DNA of 64,000 bases from Somniosus microcephalus (Eukaryota). The translations under genes and the position numbers were made by a program. Location of the stretch: assembly GCA_052327205.1 (NCBI GenBank), contig CM126210.1, positions 106,082,001-106,146,000 of the forward strand, read 5' to 3'. Every line of letters starts with the position of its first letter. The first letter of the stretch is position 1. Positions 50,317 to 63,672 of the stretch are shown piece by piece. Under the pieces are notes generated by a model. It was not told the origin of the DNA, did no database searches, and saw only the letters and a list, made by a program, of their open reading frames with translations.

Positions 50317-52301
50317 CTACTTGTGCTTTATTTTCCTCTTACGTGTGCTCCTACGTAGTGGTTCCCCTGTGGCTTCAGCAGATGTGGAGGCCCCTTGCTC
50401 ACTTTCCTGCTGCTCCTGTCTCAACACCTTTGGCGGGCATCCTCTGGGGTGGCGAGCCTGTGAGGGCTCGTCAGCAGTCTGCTGCTCCTGCGGCTGTGCA
50501 GGGGTTGAGACGTCTATCTCACTTGGGTGCGGACTCCGGCGGGGCTCTGACCGAGGGCTCTGCAGTGGCATGGAAGTGTGAGCGCTTGGAGAGGAACCCC
50601 CACTTCCTTGAGGCCTGCCACCAACCTCCCTCTCATGGGTCAGCTACCCCTCAGCGCTTGCAAGTGGCTTGAGAGCACCTTGCTGCACACCAGGGGGGCC
50701 ATGGGGACCCGTATCTGCAATGGCAGTCCTACTCAGAGGGACTTCCATGAAGGTCTGGTTTCTCTGTTCAATAGATGCCCATCGCTCCTCAAGAGATGTC
50801 ATTCTATTCTGAACACTCACCATGTTTTCATACCCTGGCGACTAACCTGCTCCATGGCCGTAGCCCTCCTCTCCTCTACCGTAGCCAGCCTTACCACGGA
50901 GGCAGCAATCATTTCCACGTAGGTAGCCATCCTTTCCGCGTTGATGCGTTCATGCGCCACTGACTCCACAAAGGCTCTGCTCATGTTCGCTATGGACTCC
51001 TCCATTCGCTCGACACTCGCAGCGACCCTGGAGGCAAAACCTGCCAGAGACTCCTGCATCTGTGTATGGAGTTCCATCACCTCTGATCTTATGGATGGAC
51101 CCAGAGGCAGAGGGTCGACATGCAGCTGAGCCGAGCTTGCAGAGTCCTGCGCCCTCCGACGAGGACTCTCCACTGCTGTCCCTGTCTCCACAATCTGCTG
51201 ATGCTCACTTGTGAGCTGTGATACACCAGGTGACAACTCTACTCTATGTCCTGAAGGTCCCCCCAAGGTGTGAGTGTCTGCGCCGGTGCTGGGTGCGCTT
51301 ATTTCTGCTGACGCTGCGCACTCAGAAGTTGCAGATTCCTCTGAGGAGTCTGGAATCTCAGGCTCTTCCTCCTGCACAGTGGGGACGGGGGCTCTCGATG
51401 GTCCTGTGGGGGAGTCAAGGAAAAAGTTAGAGATGTGATGCCAAGGTTATATGCACATTGCATTTTGCAGATGATCATAAGTCCATATGATGTAGCTTCA
51501 GAATCATTATCAGCGACTCATGCAATGTCAATGAGAGAGATGGAAAACTATTCTGTCACCAGCTTGCGGGGATGCACCTGTCTGTCCTTCCCCAACTTCT
51601 GCATCTGTATCATCCCCGACAATCTCCAGGACGGCTTCCTCCCAGAGGGTGAGCTGGGCTAATGAGGGTGGCCCTCCTCCTGTCCTGGCTAGCTCTCTCC
51701 TGTTGTGAGCTCTCTTCTTCTGCAATGAGGGAGACAAGTGGAGGTTGAGTGAGAATTAAGGAGTGAGTGTAGAGATTGCATAGCATAGATACTTAGAAGG
51801 AGACAAAGATGGAGTGAGGTTGCACGACCAAGGGGGCTCTCCTAGTGTGTTGTCAGTTGTGTTCAATTCATCAGAGTGAGAGGGAGTGTGAGGGCTGCAT
51901 TGTCAAATAGTTAGGTGAATGTGAGCATAGAGAGAGAGAGAATGGCTAAGGGTGCATGGATGTGAGTGTCAAGTGGGATGTGGAGGAAGGGATTGCTAAA
52001 GCTGAGTGCTGGTGAGGAAAGGCAATGGGGATCAGATTGAGGGTGATGGAAATTTCATACTTTTCCAGTGCGACTGCATCCAGGTGCGCCGTGTGAGCCC
52101 CAATGAGTTGACTTCCCCAGCCACCTGTAGCCACACAGCCTTGGTCTGACTGGGAGGCCTCTTCCTCCCTGAAGAAGGGAACAGGACCTCCCTGTGGGCC
52201 CTAGCCCCATCCAACAATGCCTGCAGTGATGCCTCATCAAATTTAGGTGCAGCTCTTGCCCTCCCGCTGGCCATTGTTCCTGAAGGCTCCTGTGCCATCA
52301 T
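50317..52301 (-). pseudogene. Three-exon Harbinger Myb/SANT gene, damaged
   Basis: Exon 1 52301 to about 52061 (deletion near its end relative to the 20.7-kb copy); exon 2 about 51719-51560; exon 3 from about 51404 with a coiled-coil-like segment and basic tail RRSTRKRKIKHK; frameshifts. Confidence 0.85.
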
Positions 52302-53771
52302 AAGGGGAAAGCTTGGAAGCCTGCAGAAGAAGCAAGGCTTGCTGTGGACCTTAAATGCAGCAGCAATGATGATGTCATCGGAGGGGACTTGCAGTCATGA
52401 AAAACCCATTTGCAAAGGCTTCCCACATGTTGGAAATCAATTGGCCAATTGAGTTAAAACTGCATCAATCTCACAGATCCATTTAGATTCATGTGGGAAA
52501 CACAAAATTCGGGGAACCCGACAATTGCCCGCACCTGAGTTAAAATCGACCCCATTGTGTCTGGAATTCTTGCAAGAGTTGATAAGGTACAACTTCTAAG
52601 ATTTCAAAAAAATTGAGCACAACAGGTACAGTGCAAATCAGGAAATTATATTTGGTTATGATTCTATGAATTTGGTCTCTGATTCATAGCTGTGTAAATT
52701 CAGCGCAGGATATGTAGTATTATACCACCAAATGGAAAGCTATGTTGCTACATTGCTTTAAGTGAGACCATCAAGTGGTTTGCTGCTGGGTTACTGGTAT
52801 GTAATTCCATCACTCTCACGTGGAGTGTTCAGCAAGTACTGCACAACATTCTTATGTGGAAATTATGAGACTATAAACCAAGTGTGCATATAAAAGAACC
52901 TCTTCCCAAGAAGCAAGACTATAGTCACAAACAATTAAGATGGTTTTATTCTTATATTCTGACTTTATGTAAAGAAATTATCAAGGATGTTATCTTACTC
53001 CACCATTAAAGAACTGCTATATGAAGTACGTAGCTTGCATGTTGGATAGTCCTTGGGGTAGATTTGTAACTTGCCGTCTGGGCGTAAGACTGGTACAAAC
53101 TGCCTGATTTTCATTTTCATTTCCAACGTCAGTTTTACACCCATGCGGTGAAAATTACCACATGTGTAAATAAAGTGGTGCTTAGTATTATCTTACTTAG
53201 TTCTTGACTGCAAATTAGCATTCTTTTTGAGAGAGCTTTGAAGAGACTGTAGAAGTTTCTATCTGAGTAATGGAGTGTTGCAAACCTTTCAAGATAACAA
53301 TATGAAAACATTATGACATATGCCGAGGCTGCTCCCTCCTTATGTAATGACTGTTTCTTTTAGTCATTTCCTCTACGTTGTTATCACAGTTACCTCCTCA
53401 TGCACTTTCACAGCTAGAATTATATAATTATGGTGTGGGAATTGTGGGATGAAATACCTTGGGCTGAATTTTTACCTTGGAGTTGCGTTGGGTGCGGGAC
53501 GGCCGTTGATCGCGTGGAGAACCCAGAAGTTGGAGAAGCACCTTTTGCAGTGGCTTTTTAATGAAGCCACTGCAATTGAATCAGACATCCGGGTTTCCCG
53601 ACCACTTAACTGGAGCGGGTCCAATGACGTCACAGGTGACTCGACTTCAGCTGAGCTATTTAAAGGAGCAATGGACAGATGTCACTTGAAGGCTGGTGAA
53701 GGTGGAAGCCAGGTTGTGACAGAGGAGAATTGTTTGCGCTGTACAACTTTGACAATACTATATCCTTAATT

Positions 53772-55010
53772 ATGCAGAGTCAAAGGCAGAAAGCAGCCCC
53801 CAGGTTTAGTGATGCCTCCTTGGAGATATTACTCCAAGGAGTGAGGGCCCGAAGGGACATCCTCTACCCTTCTGATGGGAGGAAGAGGCCAGTGGCACTG
53901 ACCAAAACTGCATGTCTGGAGATAGCAGAAGTGAACAGCAGGAATGTTGTTCAAAGAACATGGATCCAGTGTAGGAAATGTTTTAATGACCTCATGAGAT
54001 CAGGAAAGGTGAGTACAATGCCACATTGCTCTACATCCTGATGTCACCCCAACCCCCTCACTCTGCCTTCCCAATCCTATTCCTGCATGTCACTCCTCAC
54101 ACCAACCTATATGGCCGGTGCACCCATCCCTCACTGTCTATGCACCTACTCACATCCCCATCTGACCATGCACCACTGACACCACCCTCATCTTAATGCA
54201 CTGTTACGCCTCTCCCTCATAGCCACTTTCAACAGATGTTGCCCGTCCACCCCTTACACTCATTCCATCACTCTCACTCAAAAGTCTCTTGTTTCCCTCC
54301 TTGCAGGAGAAGAGAGCGCAGACTGGATGAAGATGCTGAACCTCGGGGGGGGGCGTCGACAAAGCGGATGATTGTTGAGGAGCAATAAAAAATGCGGAGG
54401 TTCTGGCAGCTTTTCCAGCCACAATCTGCTCGATTGTAGGGAGAATAGAGGAGTCCGCCTTCAATATGAGCAGCATGATGTCGCAGGCGATGGCTATGGT
54501 GTGTTCATCCATGGAAAGGGTGGCCACCTGCATGGAGCATCAAATGTGGCAGTCGAACGAGTGTATGCTTGCTGTGAACAACAGGTTGCAGACTTTGATT
54601 GCAGCCATATCTAGGGTGGATAGAATCCTAGAGTTGGCCCTTAATCGCCCCATTGATGTGCAGCAAAGTGCTCTCCAGCTCCTTGCTCGCAGGGAAGTAC
54701 GGGTGGGCCATGAGAGGGATGATGGTGAGAGGGGACATGGAAGTGGGGACTCTGCTCAAAGCGCTCCCACTTCTCCCCCATTGCTCCCTCTCAGTCAGAG
54801 CCACACATACTGCCTCGTATCCTAATGGCCAAGTCTGCCCCTGCACAGGTGCAGGAGGAGCAGTCTTTGGCAGGGCCCTCACAGGCTCCAAAACCCAGAG
54901 GACATCCGACAAAAGTGTTTAAGCAGTCAGAGAAGTGAGCAGGCTGCCTCTGCTGAAGCCACAGGGGCTGCACGTTGTAGGAGTTGTAGAAAGAGAAAGA
55001 AGACATAATT
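53772..55010 (+). pseudogene. Harbinger Myb/SANT gene remnant (exon 1 53772-54008, exon 2 from 54307)
   Basis: MQSQRQKAAPRFSDASLEILL...RTWIQCRKCFNDL; AAG|GTGAGT donor; TTGCAG|GAGAAGAGAGCG acceptor; 3' end approximate. Confidence 0.8.
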
Positions 55011-55315
55011 GTAGATGCACAAGGGTAGGTACATGGGTGTGTTATAAAAGGTTAGGTGGTTAAGTTTCTGTTGATGTTGTGAGCCACATAAAATTGTTTC
55101 TTTGCACCACTTTCCCGTCTTGTCCATTTTTGCCTGTTGCCTGGCAAGTGGCCTCATCAGTTGGAATGAATGGTAAGACATTCCTTAACCTTGAGCAATG
55201 GGTGTGTGTGACAGGAATGGTTTGGTCATTTTAGAACTGTTTTGTGGTGGTGCGGGGTGGGGCAGGGGGGAAGCTGGTTCAGCATCTGGGTGCCATATGG
55301 GTGCACTGGTGCAAC

Positions 55316-56392
55316 TTAACTAAATCGTGCCATTATGAGGCCATCCCGGGTCTCCTGGGCAGCAATGTGTGCCGCTGCTGGTGCCATGTCCACTTCAGGT
55401 TCCGATTCCTCCTCCTCTTCTGAAAGAGGCTCTGCACTCTGCGCCTTGCTCTTCCTACAGCTCCAATCCTCACTGCTGCACATGTTGTGCAGAGCGCAGC
55501 ATACGACAGTCATTCTGGAGACCCTGCCTGGTGCGTATTGAAGAGCTCCTCCAGATCTGTCCAGGCATCTGAAGCGCATCTTCAGCATCCATTTGCTTGC
55601 TCTATTACACATCTCGTCGTCATCTGGCTTTAATTGTAACACTCTTCGGCCTCATTGCTTGGCCTCCTTGAGGGTGTCATCAGCCACGTCTTCAATGGAT
55701 AACCCTTGTCTCCAAGCAGCCAGTTGGTAACTCTGGTCGGAGGTGCGAAGAGCTGAGGGAGGGTGGACTGGCGCAGGATGAATAAATCCTGGGAATCTGG
55801 CGCACAGATGCATGATGATCTTTTTGTGCTTGCAGATAAGCTGTACATTGAGGGAGCAAAAGCCCTTACAGTTCACGAACATTCCTGGGTTATCTGAGGG
55901 TGCCTTGATGGGTACATGTGTGTAGTCGATGATGCCCTGCACCTGTGGGAAGCCAGCCAGAGACACAAAGCCGAGCACCCGCTCAGTCTGACTGGCTTCA
56001 TCAGTGGCAAAGTGTACATAAGTCCCTGACTTGTCAAACATGGCATTGGTCACCTAGGTGCTGTACTTGTGGGCGGCCGACTGCAAGATCCTGCAAATGT
56101 CTCCTGCAGATCCCTGGAAGGAGCCTGAAGTGAAGAAGTTGAGGGCGGTGGTGACTTTGACCGCCACTGGTAACGCATGTCCACCAGGTCCACTTGGCAG
56201 CAGGACTTCTTCCAGCAGGCTACAAATGTCTGCCACGACCTGACGCGATAGCCTGAGCCTCCTGAGGCACAGCTGTTCAGTCATGTCCAGGAAGCTGATC
56301 TTCTGCCTATATACCCTGGGTTGGAGGTATCGCCTCCTGCGAGATGCACCCCTGTGCTCATCTCCTCCCTCCTGTGCTGCCACAGTGGCCAA
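55316..56392 (-). pseudogene. Harbinger transposase, frameshifted
   Basis: [55 protein letters not shown]. Confidence 0.92.
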
Positions 56393-56879
56393 TGTGCTCT
56401 CGCCTTGCTTTCACTGGCGAGGTTCAGCAAACCCGGGAATCCAGTGGACAGCCAGTAAAAGCTGCAACATCAGGTTAAAAAGGCTGTTAATAGCCTCTTA
56501 ATAACCTCTATACTGCTTTAATTAGGTCACTCGCCTCTGGTGCGCTAACTATGCACCCGAATTAAAGGCGGAAGCCGGTTGGTTGAAGCCGGCTTCCTGA
56601 CACGCTGTCAATTTCAGCGCTTTTAACTGCCCACCCTCTCGTAAATCCGCACTTTTAAAATTAAAAATTCAGCCCCTTAAGTTTATCATTAAAGATAACT
56701 CAGAACAAATGACATATATCTAATTAAACTATTATTGCAATTACCAATATGTCAGTAATGTTATTCAAAGTGTCTGTCTATTTGCTTGCTTATTTTTGAC
56801 CACTGCTTCACACAATTTTGTTTTGTTTTTTGCTGAGGTAGGCAACATTCTAAAGGTCAGCATGTAATATTTGACATTA

Positions 56880-59410
56880 TTTACATAAAAAGAGTAGAAA
56901 TTAAGATCAGTTTCTCAGAATGGTTAGAAATGGGTGATGGTGTCCTACAGGGTTATTTCCTGGGATTGCATCTATGTACATCAGTGATTTGCATATTGGG
57001 CTAGAGGGAATGGTGTCCAAATTTGAGGACAATTATTATTCATTCTAGGGATATAGGTATTGCTGGAAAGGCCAGCATTTATTGCCCATCCCCAGTTGTC
57101 CTTGAGCAAGTGGTGGTGGGTCTTATTCTTGAACCACTATAGTCTGTGTGGTGAAGTTGCTCCGACAATGCTGTTGGGTAGTGCCAGGATTTTGACACAC
57201 AGACGATGAAAGGCCAACTCCCTAGCCAACATAGTAAACAATTCTGAAGACCAAAGGAAACTGCAAAGAGATGGTGGGATGGGAAAACAAGCGGGCAGAT
57301 GGAATTCAGCATCAGTAGATGTAAGTGGGTACATTTAGGTTGAATGAAAATAACAGAGGAATTTGGGGTTTCAGGTTCGCAAGACATTAATAGCAGCACC
57401 TCAGGTGAATAAGACCTTAAAAAAGCTAATGGAATAATAGGTTTTATAGCAAGAGGTATCTTACATAAAAGTCAAGACCTCATTGAATTTTTTGAAGAGG
57501 TAACAGAGAGAGTAGACAAGGGTAATGCAGTAGATGTAATTTATCTAGATTTTCAAAAGGCCTTTGATAAGATACCACGTAATAGACTAATGATTAAGGT
57601 CAGAGAATGCAAAGTCAGGGGCCAATTGCAGATTGGATAGCTAGCTGGCTTCAAGACAGAAAACAGAGAGTAGAGGTAAAGGGTAGCTTATTCACAGTGA
57701 CAGAAGGTGGGTAGTGGTGTTCCACAAGGATCAGTGCTGAGACCACTGTTGTTCACAATTTATATTAACGATTTAGACTTTGGAATCAAAAACATAATTT
57801 CTAAATTTGCAGATGACACCAAATTGGGGTGGGATAGTCAATACTGAGGAGGACTGCAATAAATTACAGGAGGACATTAATAAACTTGTAGAATGGGCAT
57901 ATAATTGGCAAATGAATTTCAACACAGATAAATGTGAGGTATTACATTTTGGTAGGAAGAATAGGGAGGTCACTTATTACTTGGAGGGGGTGAGTGTGGG
58001 TGGGGTAGAGGAACAAAGGGATCTCGGAGTACAAATACACAAATCACTGAAAGTAGCGACACAGGTTAACAAGGCCATAAAAAAGCAAACCAAGCACTAG
58101 GGTTTATTTCTAGAGGGATAGAATTGAAAAGTAGTGAAGTTATGCTAAACCTGTATCAAACCTTGGTTAGACCACACTTAGAGTACTGCGTACAATTCTG
58201 GTCGCCATATTATAGAAAGGATATAGAGGCACTGGAGAGGGTGCAGAGAAGATTTACAAGGATGATACCAGAAATGCGAGTGTATACCTATCAGGAAAGG
58301 ATGAACAGGCTGGGTCTCTTTTCACTTGGAAAAAAGAAGGCTGAGGGGTGACCTAATAGAGGTCTTTAAAATTATGAAAGGTTTTGGTAGAGTAGATACC
58401 CCTTGTTTTGGAGAGTGTTTCCACTTGTGGGGAAGAGAATAACTAGAGGCCATCAATATAAGATAGTCACCAACAAATCAAATAGGGAATTCAGAAGAAA
58501 CTTCTTTACCCAGAGGGTGGTGAGAATGTGGAACTCGCTACCACAGGGAGTAGTTGAGGCAAATAGAATAGATGCATTTAAGGGGAGGCTAGATAAGCAT
58601 ATGAGGGAGAAGGGAAATAGAGGGTTATGCTGATCAAGTTAGATGAGGAAAGACGGGAGGAGGCTCGAGTGGAGCATAATCACTGGCATGGACTGGTTGG
58701 ACCGAATGGCCTGTTTCTGTGCCGTATATCCTATGTAATCCTATGTAATGGTGACTCTATATAAAACCATAGTAAACCAATAGCAGTTTTGGGATCCACA
58801 CTATAAGAAGGATGTTGTGGCAATAAAAAAGAAAGACTTGAATTTATATAGCGCCTTTCATGACCACCGGACGTCCCAAAGCGCTTTACAGTCAATGAAG
58901 TACTTTACAGCCAATGAAGTCAGGAGGGTGCACTGCAGATTCACTAGGATGCTGCTTCAAATGAGGAAATATAAATACAACAAAAGACTTGAAAAATTGG
59001 GGTTGATTTTATAAGAACAGAGAAGATTACAGGGCAATTGGACAGAAGTGTTTAAAATTATGAAGATAGAATAGACAGAAGCAGACCATTTCCAATGGTT
59101 GCAGGGTCTAGAATGAGGGCATGTAGGTATAAGATTAATTGTAAGAGATTTAGGACAGAGAGCAGGAGAAACTTGTTTTCACAGAGGAATGCGAAGCTGT
59201 GGAATGCACTACTGGATGTAATGATTGAAGCATAGATCATGTCAATATTTAAGAATAGGTTAGGTAGGTGGATGAAGGAAAGGAGAATAAAGGGATATGG
59301 AAACTAGGTAGGCAAATAGGTTCAAGTGGAGGTTAAACACCAACATAGACAGGTTGGGCCGAACTGCTTGTTTCTGTAATTTCTGATGTAATTTGATAGT
59401 TTCTGTAATG
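56880..59410 (+). mobile_element. Old CR1 LINE with nested younger CR1, a LINE 3' fragment (about 57036-57216, minus) and a SINE tail (about 58822-58920)
   Basis: G.GVLQG and SKFED remnants; TTCTGTAAT tail at about 59372-59409; sequence continuous across the inserts. Confidence 0.65.
57477..58749 (+). mobile_element. 5'-truncated CR1 LINE
   Basis: [46 protein letters not shown]; CCTATGTAAT tandem tail. Confidence 0.95.
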
Positions 59411-59790
59411 ATTAATGGGATACTTAATTATAGAAAGAATTGTTGGATTATTTGTGTAATTAGTCAAGTGAACTGAAAATTTACACCAAAACAAAGTAGC
59501 TCAGAGCAATAACATTAAAATGTGAACAGGTAACAGGATGACTAAAGGATGAACCACTTTCTTGACCAACATTGGTGCAGGGCCTCATGTGTAGTCGGGG
59601 TTCTCCCTTGTTTCCTGTTCTAGTTAAAGTGCATTTTCCAGTGGATTAACAGTGGAGCATCAATGGCATCAGTCTTGATGTCTGCCACCTAAACCATGCT
59701 TACTCGCTGATGAAGGAAGAAGGTTTATTTTCCATCAGGCTCATCTGAAGGCAAAGGAAATAAATATATATATTGAAGATCCCATGGGAC

Positions 59791-61464
59791 ATAGAAACAT
59801 AGGCCTAGAAATTGAGTGGGGTTAGCGCCCATTTTGAGGCGCTAGAGGGCCTAGCGCCGCAAGTACAGCCGATTGAGAAATTCACTTGGGCGCTGCCATC
59901 GGCGTTAGCCGGTTGCGCTGCGCCGGCACCGATGACGTCATCGGTGTGCGCAGCATCCCGGTTGCCGTGGCAACGCGCCCGAACGCCGAAATTGAGTTGC
60001 GGCCGCCTCGCCCGTGGCAGCCGCAACCAACGATTTTTCAAAAGTTCGCTACGGGTCTTAGCGCCGGCGCATTAAGGTCGCGCGGCGGCCGGACGCTTTC
60101 CCGGCGGCCGCCTGCCCGCACCCCCCTCCCCGGACTCCTCCAACACCCCCCCGCGGCACAGATGCGTGTGGGCCGCGAGCCCGGCACTTCTCCGAGGTGC
60201 CGGGCTCATTTTTCTCCACAGATCAACGGCCAGCGGTCGGGTGCAGGCAGCTCCTCCTTAACGGAAGGAGGAGGCCTGCACTTCCCCAGCCTGCCGCACT
60301 GCATCGGGTGCCGCAGCGGCGGATTAGCGCCGCAATGCGGCAGTCAGCGCCCATTGCGAGGCGCTGACACCCTCCAGTAGCGCCGGCAGCCGTCTGGGCG
60401 CGGCGCTACTGAATTTTTGGCGTGCGCAGGGGGACTTAGCGCCGGCGCTAAATCTCCGGCGCTAAAGCCCTGGTGCGGCACCAACTCAATTTCTAGGCCA
60501 TAGAAACATAGAAGATAGGAGCAGGAGTAGGCCATTCGGCCCCTCGAGCCTGCTCCGGCATTTAATGAGATCATGGCTGATCATCCAAATTCAGTACCCT
60601 GTCCCTGCTTTCTCCCCATATCCCTTGATCCCTTTAGCCTTAAGAAATATATTTAACTCCTTCTTGAATATATTTAATGAATTGGCCTCAACTGCCTTCT
60701 GTGGTAGAGAATTCCACAGGTTCACCACTCTCTGGGTGAAGAAATTCCTCCTCATCGCTGTCCTAAATGGCTTACTCCTTATCCTTAGACTGTGACCCCT
60801 GGTTCTGGACTCCCCCGCCATCGGGAACATCCTTCCTGCATCTAGTCTGTCTAGTCCTGTTAGAATTTTATAAGTTTCAATGAGATCCCCTCTCATTCTT
60901 CTAAACTCCAGTGAATATAAGCCCAATCGACCCAATCTCTCCTCATATGTCATTCCTGACATCCCAGGTATCAGTCTGGTGAATCTTCGCTGCACTCCCT
61001 CCATGTCAAGAACATCCTTCCTCAGATAAGGTGACCAAAACTGCACACAATACTCAAGGTGTGGTTTCACCAAGGCCCTGTACAACTGCAGCAAGACATC
61101 CTTGCTCCTGTACTCGAATCCTCTCGCTATGAAGGCCAACATACCATTTGTCTTCTTAACCGCCTGTTGCACCTGCATGCTTACCTTCAGCGACTGGTGC
61201 ACAAGGACACCCAGGTCTCGTTGCACTTCCCCTTCTCCCAATCTATTGCTGTTCAGATAATAATCTGCCTTCCTGTTTTTGACACCAAAGTGGATAACTT
61301 CGCATTTATCCACATTATACTGCATCTGCCATGCATCTGCCCAATCACCCAACCTGTCCAAATCATACTGGAGTTTCTCTGCATCCTCCTCACAGCACAC
61401 ACGCCCACCCAGCTTTGTGTCGTCTGCAAACTTGGAGATATTACATCTAGTTCCCTCGTCTAGA
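59791..61464 (-). mobile_element. Young 5'-truncated CR1 LINE, with a MITE in its tail
   Basis: Open frame 61462-60591 ([11 protein letters not shown]...LEYCVQFWSP...); (TTTCTATG)n tail; GGGAC duplication at 59786 and 61465. Confidence 0.95.
59802..60499 (-). mobile_element. Harbinger-type MITE, family A, copy 4
   Basis: TIR GGCCTAGAAATTGAGT / ACTCAATTTCTAGGCC; ATA duplication. Confidence 0.92.
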
Positions 61465-61705
61465 GGGACTAATCGAAGAAGACCAGGGAGTTTTCTACGT
61501 GTCCAGGCCAATGTTTATCCTTAAACTAACCAAAAGAGATTATCTAGTCATTTATCCTATTGATGTTTGTGGAACTTTATGTGTGTGCATTTCTCTACCT
61601 TAAAACAGTGACTATGCTTCAAAAATACTTAGTTGGCTATGAAGCACTTTGGCACTATTTGTGGTCATGAAAGGCGCTATACAAATGCAAGTTCTATCTT
61701 CCTTC
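61465..61705 (+). mobile_element. 3' part of a Deu-domain SINE
   Basis: Reverse-complement match to 2430-2680; ends GAAAGGCGCTATACAAATGCAAGTTC. Confidence 0.65.
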
Positions 61706-62199
61706 TTTCTTATTTGTGGTAGATGTAATGGCACAGTTGTGTTATGAGTTTTTTTGAAGTTCATTCCTGTTGCAATATCGAAAAATATCAGCAAAGTTTT
61801 AACACTATAGCAACTCATTGGCATTGTTCCTAGTTCTCACTTTTGATTTGCAGGAGTTCTAATTATCCATGTGTGGAATTCATGGAATTCTAAGATCCAG
61901 AAGTTCCCACTGGATTGACCTGTCTGAAAATTACTGGCTTTGACAGACTACATTGATTTTACATGTTATATGTCTCAAGGGCACCATGGAATGCGGTGGA
62001 TTAAAAGCATGTGTTGCTTGTGATCACTAATTATCATACAGCATAAATGACAATAACAGTGAGAATACAAGTTTTCTGTTGCTGTTTTTCTTGTGACCTT
62101 GTATACCTAATTATTTGAATAACAGTTTAGTTCCCAGATAGCAATAGTTACTGCACAATACCAAGAAAATTGAAGGTCACATAGTTCATTGTTATGCCC

Positions 62200-62434
62200 T
62201 GTGGTAAACCACTGTCATACCTGTCTGTGTCTGTATGTGTATTCCACTAGGTACAGGTCTGGACATGCCTCGGCTGACTCCTCCCACTATTCCAGGTATA
62301 TAAGTGACTACCTCCCAGTCCCTTAGTATTCTGGACGGGTCGACCACTCGAGACAAGACCTTCATTCTTTAGTTAATAAAAGCCTGATTGTTACTCGCTC
62401 AACCTCAGTCTTTTGAGTAATTGATGGCGCATCA
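62200..62434 (+). mobile_element. Solo LTR (235 bp)
   Basis: TG...CA ends; 5-bp TGCCC duplication; TATATAA at 62297; AATAAA at 62375. Confidence 0.85.
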
Positions 62435-63379
62435 TGCCCCATTTACCAAACAACTAACGATAATAGCTAGAACTGACTAGACTGAATAACTGTAACCTTC
62501 CCATTAAATCGTTTGCAAGTCTTTTGTAGGCTGGATGTCATATTTGACTGAAAGATTTCCCCAATTTCACTTTGTATAAATGACAACTGGTCCTCACATT
62601 TTAGGCAGGATATATTATTTGATTACACCAGGTAGCATTGCACTTCACATTTAAAAAGTTAGTCCTCGCAAATGCTTTATTTCACTTAGTCATGTCAACT
62701 CTTTTCATACACAGCTGATAGAAACATTCCTTCTCAGTTGCAGTGGTTGTGTTTCATGAATTAAAATGTGTTATCACAATTCTGTAATTATTGGGAAAGA
62801 TTATGCAAATGCTTCAAATTTCTGTCCAAACCTTATGCGACAGTTGATGGAAATAGGTTCAATGGGATTTGCTTTCTTTCTGAGCCTGCTGTACAATTGT
62901 ATGAGCTTAGCTCTACCTGCTGTATTAAAAGAATGTGTTAATAGAATGCAGACATTTTTTGAGTCTCATACAATCGGCCAATCAGAGAAAAAAAGGGATG
63001 AGCAATATGTCTTTGTTGTTCTTAGTTGTCACACCGAATGCCATATTTACAATTTAAACCTTGTTTCTGGCTCAAATCTAAGAGATGTGAGAGAAAGATT
63101 TCACACCTTACAGAAAATAGATTGTCTTTCCCACGCAGGGCAAGAAAGACACTGAAGGTTTATTCCCTTTAAGAACCATTAGCAGAAGATAGCTTAGCTG
63201 ATTTCATCTTTCAAAACTGCCACATCACATTTTGAAAAATATTAGATATGCCAGATACTCCAGGGTTGCAAACTCTTTTCAGAGAAGAATTTGTATTTAT
63301 TCTATGAGAGTAAGATTGGTAACTGTGGGTAATTAAATAATTGAGTTGGTGAATAATTGGTTAGTCAAAAATGGCTGGC

Positions 63380-63672
63380 TGACCTCTAAACAATGGGAAT
63401 CCCTGGCCCCTGACCGCACAAAGTGGAGGAGAAGCATCCGGGAAGGCGCTGAACACCTCGATCTCTTCGCCGGGAGCAAGCGGAAGCCAAGCGCAAACAG
63501 CGGAAGGAGTGCACATCAACCCAAGCACCCCACCCACCCGCCCCTTCAACCACTGTCTGCCCCACCTGTGACAGAGACTGTAGGTCCCACATTGGACTCA
63601 TCAGTCACCTGAGAACTCATTTTTAGTGTGGAAGCAAGTCATCCTCGGTTCAAAGGGACTGCCTAAGAAGAT
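63380..63672 (+). mobile_element. RTE-type LINE 3' end
   Basis: WESLAPDRTKWRRSIREG followed (frameshifted) by CPTCDRDCRSHIGLISHLRTH zinc finger; short repeat tail. Confidence 0.8.

Larger units (their letters stand above)
48296..52553 (+). mobile_element. Near-full-length two-gene Harbinger transposon (4.26 kb)
   Basis: Perfect 16-bp TIR GGGGTCGATTTTAACT; ATT duplication; convergent transposase (+) and Myb (-) genes. Confidence 0.96.
53461..56675 (-). mobile_element. Second, older two-gene Harbinger family member
   Basis: Perfect 14-bp TIR GGGCTGAATTTTTA; CTT duplication; Myb (+) and transposase (-). Confidence 0.92.

Noticed and set aside
50317-52301. Host NAIF1/MSANTD gene
   Set aside because: Six related, mostly damaged copies occur in the window, all within Harbinger elements.
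59707-59762. CTGATGA as a hammerhead core
   Set aside because: No convincing stem II followed by GAAA, and no flanking helices.
62766-63155. 129-aa ORF in unique DNA
   Set aside because: No recognisable domain or splice support; its length is compatible with chance.
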